A DNA stretch of 63,662 nt, counting the filler, from Stramenopiles sp. TOSAG23-3 (Eukaryota): NCBI GenBank assembly GCA_900128585.1. It is 15 parts of 15 records of this genome, joined end to end, with 100 filler letters (N's around TTAATTAATTAA, not from the genome) between each part and the next. Parts side by side here need not be neighbours in the genome. Positions count along the whole stretch, not along the records: positions 55,297 to 59,429 come from LT643939.1; positions 59,530 to 63,662 come from LT643940.1; 13 more parts are not named here. The stretch is one strand, 5' to 3'. Of this stretch, positions 56,039 to 63,662 are shown piece after piece. The notes below the pieces were generated by a model. That model had not been told where the DNA came from. It searched no databases and saw only the letters and a program-made list of their open reading frames with translations. Each line of letters starts with the position of its first letter. The stretch's first letter is position 1. Position numbers and translations under genes: made by a program.

Positions 56039-57229
56039 TCAAAAAACCCTGGCACCCATGGCCGACACGAACAAGCGAAGATCATCCATATGGACTCCGA
56101 CTTTTTCAGCTTCTCCAAACGCCCGCTTCACCTTCTTACTTTTGACTTTGGAAGGTGACAGAAATAGAGAGTGTTTTGCTTGCGATTTACTACTTTTCTT
56201 AGCCTTTTTCGCGCTTCTTGCAACCGTATCCTTACGCTTGCGTGTGGTACCAGCCGCTTTGGATGATTTCTTGCCTCTAGGTGTTTTAATGGCCGTGATT
56301 TTAAGAGCCAAAGATGGTGGAACCAACGAAGCGTCGGCAGGAAGCGGGGCCATTTCAGGGGGAGGGGTTCCTGCCATCGGAGACGATTTTTTGAGTGCCT
56401 TCAAGTATTTTTCTAACGCAACCTCCTCTGAAGTGCGCGGTTTTCTTCGTTTCTGTGGATTCTTTTTCGCGTGCTGCATCGCTTGATGGGCATACTTTGT
56501 ACAGGTTTCCTTGCACAAAATCTGTTTTGGTATGAAAATAGCCTTCCGCGAACGGACAACAATTCCGACAGAAGAAAGGACACTCACAACATCGTAAAGT
56601 CGGCGTTCGACGCCCTTCTGAGTCGGAACTTTCTTGCTATGTTCGCGCTTGATGCGGTCTAGTAATTCTTCGTAAATCTCAGAAGCAGCTGATTTCAAGG
56701 TCAACGTCTTGCCCGGTTTGTTGTAGCACACACGGAGGAACATGTGTGTTATGGTCGAGAGTATCGGCACTTTCGTGTGCTTCAATGCCTTCTCGTATTT
56801 AATACCGCCTTGGCGTGAGATGCCTTTCCACTCGCTCAAACCAGATGCCAGCGACTTTAGGCCTAGCCAGGAATATCCCGCTGTACGCTCATACGACTTT
56901 CTTTTGGCCACACCGGTGTTCTCCAAGACGTGCAGAACGTCGTAAACACGACGCTTTACTACCATGTCAGTGCTTTTCTTCTTTGGGGGGGCAGTAATGA
57001 TGATGGTGGTGGGGCTTGTCGGCTGCCGACTAAGGTCCTTTTCTTGGTTGGAGGGAGGAATTTTTACGCTTTTAGAGATCTCGGCGTAGCATTTTTCAGG
57101 GTCTAGAAGTTGCTTCCAGCTATGTTTCTCCGCATACTCTACAACCTTCACACAGATTTCGGCCAACGAGGTTGACGGATTGGTGAGGGGAGGCTGAGAG
57201 GTGGGGGTTGGTAGTGCCATCGTTTTCAT
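56039..57229 (-). CDS. Atypical E2F (E2F7/8/DEL-like) with two DNA-binding domains
   Basis: Two RRxYD signatures: KRRVYDVLHVLE...YSWLG and ERRLYDVVSVLSSVG. Confidence 0.8.
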   Translation of the reverse strand: MKTMALPTPTSQPPLTNPSTSLAEICVKVVEYAEKHSWKQLLDPEKCYAEISKSVKIPPSNQEKDLSRQPTSPTTIIITAPPKKKSTDMVVKRRVYDVLHVLENTGVAKRKSYERTAGYSWLGLKSLASGLSEWKGISRQGGIKYEKALKHTKVPILSTITHMFLRVCYNKPGKTLTLKSAASEIYEELLDRIKREHSKKVPTQKGVERRLYDVVSVLSSVGIVVRSRKAIFIPKQILCKETCTKYAHQAMQHAKKNPQKRRKPRTSEEVALEKYLKALKKSSPMAGTPPPEMAPLPADASLVPPSLALKITAIKTPRGKKSSKAAGTTRKRKDTVARSAKKAKKSSKSQAKHSLFLSPSKVKSKKVKRAFGEAEKVGVHMDDLRLFVSAMGARVF

Positions 57230-59268
57230 GCTTCGTGTTCGTTGTACAGTGGGGTTAACGTTTATTTGCTGTAAATGTTTTATATAGAAGTCTGTCTCTC
57301 TTGCAATTGGTTTCTTATCGTTTGTGTTATGAAGTATCTATCGCGCACATGAGGTAGTAAAGAGCCCAAACGGGAAGAAAGTTTTTTTTGTTTCATTTGC
57401 CTCTCGGATTGATGATTGATTGTTGATGCGTAAAGAATAGGTACAGGGTCACACCATAAAGAAAAAACAAAAAAAGAATATGTAAAGAAGCAAAAAAAAG
57501 TGCAAAACAACAGCCAACAACAAAAACAAAGATCGAAATTCGCACCATAGTTACATGAACAGAGCAAAGAGATGAGCTTGGAAATCTACCTTGATTCAGA
57601 TAATAGTATTTTTTTTTGATGTTCAGGTGGGATAAATCAATGCTATGACGGTGTAACTCCAGTAATTTCAATGTATATATCGGTAGGTAGGTTTTGCAGA
57701 TTTTACATGCAAGATAAATTAAATTTTCGCATTTCTTATGCTATTCCAATGTATTATAAAACAATATAGTTTTTAAGACATTAACAGGAAGGAATGAAGG
57801 AAGAAAATTTAAACCCGTCAATCCGCCAAAGAGAGATAGATACATCAGAATAGCATTGATTTTGCACGCGAAAATGGCTTTCCTGAGTCGCGAAGTACAA
57901 AATTTATTGGCGGGTGTGGGTTTTGAAATGCGAAAAGGTGGCGCGGGTATAAACTATCACTGCTATGACCCTGTGTTCTTTTTTAGATTAAGTGCGTGTG
58001 TGTGTGTGCGAAAAACAGAAAGAAAATATGGATAATCAACATCCACCATTTTAATTAAAATTACTTTAAGCTTTAAGCAAAGCAGCAAAGCAGCAAGAAG
58101 AAAAAAAAGACGACGACTAGAAAACAATTCTCAAAAAAATTATAAATAAATTATACTGTAGTAGATAGTCAATAAAGTAAAAGAAAGACGAATATTATAT
58201 TTACTGCTGTCGCGTGTCAAATCCAATTTTTTGTAAAACTAATAAGATTCTTTCTTGCTTCTTCTCCCTACTATTTCAATATTATTCAAGCTTAATTTTT
58301 GTCTCTGATCTTGCGAGAAATACGGGTAGTTTACTATTTACATTGCACAGCATTAAAACAGTGTATGGCGGAAACACCTAATCTTAACTCACTGATTGAA
58401 AAACGCGCGTAAATTCGATTTAAAAATCCAAGGAAATGTTCGTATATAATCACAGCATTGCAACTGCCATTTTTAACACAATAGCCAGTACTGGACAGTA
58501 CTGTGTTTATGTAGTATTTATATAGAGTAATATTTCCTTATAATATAGTAATATCTGTAATCGTTTTGATTTAAATATTTTTAGTATATTAGTTAATCAT
58601 ACTATAACCGGAAATCTTTACCAGTACAATAAAAACGGTCAATCAAGCAAGCACCAATTTTTTTCCTGTTTGATGTTGCTGATTGGTCAATGCAGTGCAT
58701 TTTAGTCTACTAGAATGCACCAAGAGTTGTCAGAAAAGCTAGTGCTCGATTCGAAAATCTTCCGACGCTAATTCGATTCTGCTATCGTGCCCATGCATTG
58801 TTCGATAGTTTTCCATTTGCTTCAGTGTACCGAGTTTCTCCGCACGGAAAGAAAAAAATGAATTGTTTGGCGATACCGTCCCAACATCAAAAAAACAACA
58901 TCAGAACACAATCAGAAACAACATTCACACATTCTTCTTCATTCTTCATCGTTTTATATACAACTATTACTACCCAACTCAACAACAACACAGCACAAAC
59001 CAACGCTTCGTTCCTCCTCCTACTTCTTTTTCTTCTCTCATCATCTATCTTCTCCTCTGTCCTCCTCCCCTCTTCTCTCCTACTACTACTTTTTCTATTA
59101 CCAAGTACTCGCATCAATCGCCCAACAGAAGAATTGTTCCATCCCTTTGGATTGTTTTACGTTGATAAGGCAAAATTTTCTGGCCATCAAAGCTTCTCTC
59201 TTCAATAGCAGTAACCGAGAAATAATCGACGGAAGAACACACAATCATTGATTACTCAACTGTTCCAA

Positions 59269-59429
59269 ATGGGGGTGCTTACAGGTCGCTCGCTGCGACT
59301 GGCCGGTTTTTGTTACCTTTTTCTCGCTGCAGGTGCACCGACAGGAGAATCGTTCTCAAGAGGAGGTTCTGCCTATGCGACCGCAAACCGTAATTTAAAC
59401 CTGCGGGTGGCTGACCCCAGGTTGAGCGA
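59269..59429 (+). CDS. Possible 5' end of a secreted protein, cut by the contig end
   Basis: MGVLTGRSLRLAGFCYLFLAAGA, GC shift, open to the gap. Confidence 0.35.
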
Positions 59430-59699
59430 NNNNNNNNNNNNNNNNNNNNNNNNNNNNNNNNNNNNNNNNNNNNTTAATTAATTAANNNNNNNNNNNNNNN
59501 NNNNNNNNNNNNNNNNNNNNNNNNNNNNNTCTTCTTCAAAAAAAAAAAACGACGACGAAGAAGAAAAACAATGATGAAAATGTTCTTTTTTGCACATTAT
59601 TTTACAATTTGCACAATTTTATTATATATTATGTATGTTTATGCACGAAAAGTTGTGAAGAACAACAACGATGACGCTTTGAGATTCTTCTTCTATCAA

Positions 59700-60683
59700 A
59701 TGTCGGAATGTTCACCGGAATTGTCGGAGGAATATGAAGTGGCCCAATTGTTCTTTAACCCGTTGTGTTCAGACGCCGTGAGGGTGCAGTTCTTACCCAC
59801 TTTCAACCGTATGGTGCATTCGGAGGAAGCCGTAGAAACTGATATTGGGGCCGTATTCGCCCTGAGAAAACAGAAAAACCCTACCTTGTTTGATGGTTCA
59901 AAGTTCAGATTCCACAGTTGCACAAGTTCGTCCGGAGATGCTGCCTCCGCTGGGGGGGCAGGCTCTGAGGTAGCCGTCCTGAGCCTCGGTTTGACATCGT
60001 ATGGAACTTTTTTGGGAACAAACTACGGCCGAATACAACAGCGCCTGCGGGAGGATGGCATTCAGGAACACGGGAACCCGCAGGCCTTCTTTTCCGACCC
60101 ACTAGGAGTTGGTGCTATGCTGAGAACCAAAGACAATGTTTATATATGCATCGAGCGAAGCCAGACGGTGGGTGAATTCGCCGGTTATATTGATGGGCCA
60201 GGCGGCCACCCCGAGCCGGGGAAAATTGGAATTGCTCTAGATTATCTTACGCAGTGCGACCCGGGCAGGTACGCTGACGTGGGCGACGAAGTCAGGTGTC
60301 AGCTGGACGATGGGAACGTGGAGAAAATTGCAAAATCGGCGGTTGTAGCGGAACTCTTTGACTCAATCACCAGCGAGGTATGCGATGAAATAAATGTTCC
60401 CCGGGAGTCCCTGTCCGACCCTTTGCTTATGGGAATTGCTAGACAAACCGCGAGCTTTGGCAGGCCAGCGCTATCGTTTTACATTGAGTGCAAGCTAGAC
60501 AGGAAAGAAGTTTTGGAGCTTTACAAGGAAGGTCCCGCCGAAGCAGACGAGTCGGTGAAACTCTTGTTCTTGCCAGCATCTGTGTTGGCAGAAGCGGGGG
60601 GTACGGGGTATAAAGGCGACTTGAAACTCACTCCGGCGTTAAAGGCGGCAGTGTACATTTTGGGCAAAACGGCGATGGGCTGA
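59700..60683 (+). CDS. NUDT22: NUDT22-like UDP-glucose pyrophosphatase (Nudix family)
   Basis: LFDGSKFR, LGLTSYGTFLGTN, DPLGVGA, PGGHPEP, ELFDSITSEVCDEIN. Confidence 0.85.
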   Translation: MSECSPELSEEYEVAQLFFNPLCSDAVRVQFLPTFNRMVHSEEAVETDIGAVFALRKQKNPTLFDGSKFRFHSCTSSSGDAASAGGAGSEVAVLSLGLTSYGTFLGTNYGRIQQRLREDGIQEHGNPQAFFSDPLGVGAMLRTKDNVYICIERSQTVGEFAGYIDGPGGHPEPGKIGIALDYLTQCDPGRYADVGDEVRCQLDDGNVEKIAKSAVVAELFDSITSEVCDEINVPRESLSDPLLMGIARQTASFGRPALSFYIECKLDRKEVLELYKEGPAEADESVKLLFLPASVLAEAGGTGYKGDLKLTPALKAAVYILGKTAMG

Positions 60684-60978
60684 TCATTGAGAGCGAGGAG
60701 TATAGTTAGCAAAGGGCAACGGTAATTTTGCTTGTTTGAAAAGGGCGGGGGCAGAAGCACGGGGTCTTAACATTTACAGTAGGGCGTTTTTATGATTTTC
60801 AGTACAACCTTTAGCAATATAATGTAAGGAGTAAGAAAATTAAGAGTTTAGGCTCTTATCCTAAAACATGTTGGTTTTACGATTGACAAAGAAGATTCCA
60901 CAAAAGTTTTACATACTTTCGGCACCACAGTGTGATATGTATATGTCCACAGCTGCCATCCACTAATTTATTCTTAAT

Positions 60979-61575
60979 TTACTTTTTTGCAGGCCCCTTC
61001 CCGCCCGTAATTGGCAGGACTTCCCCATCTTTTGGTGCAACCTTAGCTTTTTGGGACTGCTTGCAAACTTTCCCTTTTTCTTTTATTTCACACGGGCACG
61101 GTTTACCGAACGAAAGCAGGATGCAGCACTTTGGGCTAGGGGGGCACCGCTTTGGGTTCGCGGCTCCGCACGCCTCTTTTTTTGACTTGAGTTCTAACTC
61201 GGCCCGAACATTTTGTCCAATGGCTTCGCTGTTGAGTTTCTCTATACAGTCGTTCGATTTACTAACATCACCCTGGTTTTCCGAACGGCATTTTGCAACG
61301 GCAACGGCCACCTTCTTCCGTTCTTCTTCCGCCTTCTTCTCTGCTCCTTCCACCGCGCTCGCGACGCAGTTTTCTACTTTTTCCTTTCGTTCGAATTCCT
61401 GGGGATCGTACACGCGACCCCCTTCCAACACTACTTTTTCCCGCGGCCCAGCGTCTACCTCCAAAAAATCTCCCGCCTCCCTCGGCAAGGCGCGAAAGGA
61501 GAAAGCGTCAACCGCCGTCTGAGCACCAAGCGCAAGCACTAAAATTACAGCCACCGCGTTCACAATCTTCGCCAT
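60979..61575 (-). CDS. Secreted Cys-rich, Lys/Glu-rich protein
   Basis: Signal peptide and ten Cys residues. Confidence 0.75.
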   Translation of the reverse strand: MAKIVNAVAVILVLALGAQTAVDAFSFRALPREAGDFLEVDAGPREKVVLEGGRVYDPQEFERKEKVENCVASAVEGAEKKAEEERKKVAVAVAKCRSENQGDVSKSNDCIEKLNSEAIGQNVRAELELKSKKEACGAANPKRCPPSPKCCILLSFGKPCPCEIKEKGKVCKQSQKAKVAPKDGEVLPITGGKGPAKK

Positions 61576-62572
61576 TATTCTTCGACAACAGTATTTTTAC
61601 TCAGCCCAAGAAAAAAAATGCAGGTCCTGGTTAATTTCCTACTAAAAAATCTAGAAGACAAACTTCAAATGGAAAATGTTGAACACACCTCTTTAATATA
61701 AGAAAGGAAACAAACCGTTGCCTACGTTGTATTTTCAATGTGTTGTATAAATCTAATGAAACAAAGAAAGAATATAAAAGAAAGTAAGCAAAAGAAACAA
61801 AACAAGAAAAAAAGAAGAGAAAACCAAGTTAGTATAATAGTAAGGTTGTATATTTTAATATTAAAAAAGAAAAAGAAAGAAGAAGGAGGAAGAAGAAGAA
61901 GAAGAAAGAAAAGCAATAATAAAAGAACGAAGAAAGAAACTACTTCTTCTTCTTCTTTTCCTCTTCTTCTGGACAAGGAGGGAAGAAGGAAGGAAGATGA
62001 TAATAGATGAAAAGTAAATAAAAAAAAAAGGGGGGGGGGGGGATGAAATTGTTATTAGTTTTATAAATAGGGTTTATAACAAGAACAGGACAATAGAAGG
62101 ATGCAACCAATGGGTTGATTTCCATGTATACTTCTATATCATATTATGTATTTAAAAAATATTATGCCTATCGGATAAATTGTTTTGGGCGTTTGTATTC
62201 AATAGAAATACAAACGAATTTAATTGTTTGATGAATGTGTACTATTGTAGTATATTAATATGTTAATTAAATAGGGCACTTCTTCCATTTTAATTATTTG
62301 AAGAACTCAATTGGAGAAAGTGATAAATCCCCATTCGCTTCTATTATTATGTTGAATAACATTGAAATAGTATAACACATCGCTAGAAGAAAATGAACGA
62401 AAAAAGGAGAAAGTCAGTCATTTTAATGTTTGTAAACAAACAATACTCGTTGCACGGTTTCCGATCTATCAATCAATCAAACCAAAATTGCCAACGAACG
62501 ATTCATTCACCATTGCGTAAAGTAAATATTTTGTTGCTGTATCGACCGCGTTGAAGAAAAAATATTAAGAAA

Positions 62573-63292
62573 ATGAAAGCGTCAACTGTGATGGTGAGTG
62601 TCGCTTTTGCTGTTGTGTTTTTGCTGGCGTCGGGAGCAACCGCGTACAGGGGACGAGACTTGCGGCCTGTGGCGCCGCCGGCGTCGCTAACGAACTTTTT
62701 GCGAGCACATGGTAAAGAAGGGATGAATGATATTGTTAGTTTGGTCGAAGTAGAAGAAGTGACAGGTGGCACTGGTGGCGAGGCAGCCGTGGACCCTAGT
62801 GTTCTGAACGAGGACGAGAGAAAGTGTGAACAGAAACAGAAAAACTGCACCAGGGACGGGGAACAGTGGAACGAAGAGGAGACTGAAAAAATTATGAAGG
62901 CCTTCGACGAGAAAATGAACGCCTGCAAAACTAGCAGCAAAGAGAAAAAGGTGGTAGACAATTGCCAAAAGATGGCCGAACTTAACAAAAAGAAAGACAC
63001 CGCCGCCCTAGCTGCGACGTGGGAGCAACGGAAGCAGAACTGCAACGCGGACTGCCAGCCGGTCTGCAAGAACAAGTGCTGGTTAGGAATGTTTTGCCCA
63101 AAGAAGAGAAAAGGTATCGATTGCGATGGAAATAAAATTAAACCAGCTGCTACCGGAGAGGAAGAACCGGATACGAACGAGCAACCTGCCCCAGCGGAGA
63201 GTGGAGCGGAAGCCAGCGGCCCGGAAGACGCCAGCGGGGCGGATGATAGTAGTGGTTCAAGTGGCCCGGAAGATGCTTCAGGACCAAAGTAA
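62573..63292 (+). CDS. Secreted Cys-rich protein with a GPEDASG-repeat tail
   Basis: Signal peptide, spaced Cys residues, and an acidic Ser/Gly tail. Confidence 0.75.
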   Translation: MKASTVMVSVAFAVVFLLASGATAYRGRDLRPVAPPASLTNFLRAHGKEGMNDIVSLVEVEEVTGGTGGEAAVDPSVLNEDERKCEQKQKNCTRDGEQWNEEETEKIMKAFDEKMNACKTSSKEKKVVDNCQKMAELNKKKDTAALAATWEQRKQNCNADCQPVCKNKCWLGMFCPKKRKGIDCDGNKIKPAATGEEEPDTNEQPAPAESGAEASGPEDASGADDSSGSSGPEDASGPK

Positions 63293-63662
63293 ACTCAAAA
63301 ATATATTAGTGACTTAATGACACACATGTAAAAAATGTTTCGTGCAAATACATTCAGGACTTAATAATTATATTTGTCTTTCTAATTCTTATTTACCATG
63401 ACGACGTGATCTAGCCAGTTGGTGCTGGTCAAAATTAAAAAAATAAAACCAACTCCGCGATGGTCCGTTTTATTTTACCAGGTACGGTGCCTTCCCGTAG
63501 ATAGTTCCGAGGACTGGTCTACAATACCATCACAGCAATACAATCATCAACAATAACTTAAATCATACTTAAGAAAACGAGAAATGCCTATCATCATAAA
63601 AAAATACAAATTATCACTCTGACTTTTTTTCTTTTTAATAATAAATGTGATGAAATACTGCA

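Noticed and set aside
1-63662. Alternative genetic code
   Set aside because: Conserved genes read through with the standard code and end in TAA, TAG or TGA; the tRNA has an ordinary CAA anticodon.

Overview
Eukaryotic DNA, not one locus: 15 unrelated contigs of about 4.1 kb (4167 down to 4133 bp, size-sorted) joined by artificial 100-nt spacers (N44-TTAATTAATTAA-N44), so no linkage should be inferred across spacers. Genes are mostly intronless and GC-richer than the AT-rich, microsatellite-laden intergenic DNA. The gene set fits a flagellated protist; a heterotrophic stramenopile SAG/MAG is my inference. Recognisable products include IFT88, BBOF1, a divergent dynein heavy chain, two CFAP97-like genes, CDPK, a BK-type channel, Rheb, Beclin/ATG6, TMF1, methylmalonyl-CoA mutase, an atypical E2F, NUDT22 and tRNA-Leu(CAA). 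The most notable unexplained signals are: (1) a ~21-bp motif, ACAGCCAATTTTCTTGTTTT, on 6 independent contigs, five times between convergent gene ends; (2) contig 34066-38215, which looks like a DNA transposon with a CMC/Plavaka-like DDE transposase, a spliced zinc-finger/histone-H1-like accessory gene missed by the ORF track, repeated 19-bp palindromes and a telomere-like repeat; (3) three genes each broken by a +1 frameshift at a poly-G run; (4) a 79-bp terminal inverted repeat on one contig, probably an amplification chimera; (5) unusual architectures (HNH-like + integrase repeats, ubiquitin + SIMs, BK channel + EF-hands, tandem PAS). All family assignments are from motif recognition, with no database search.
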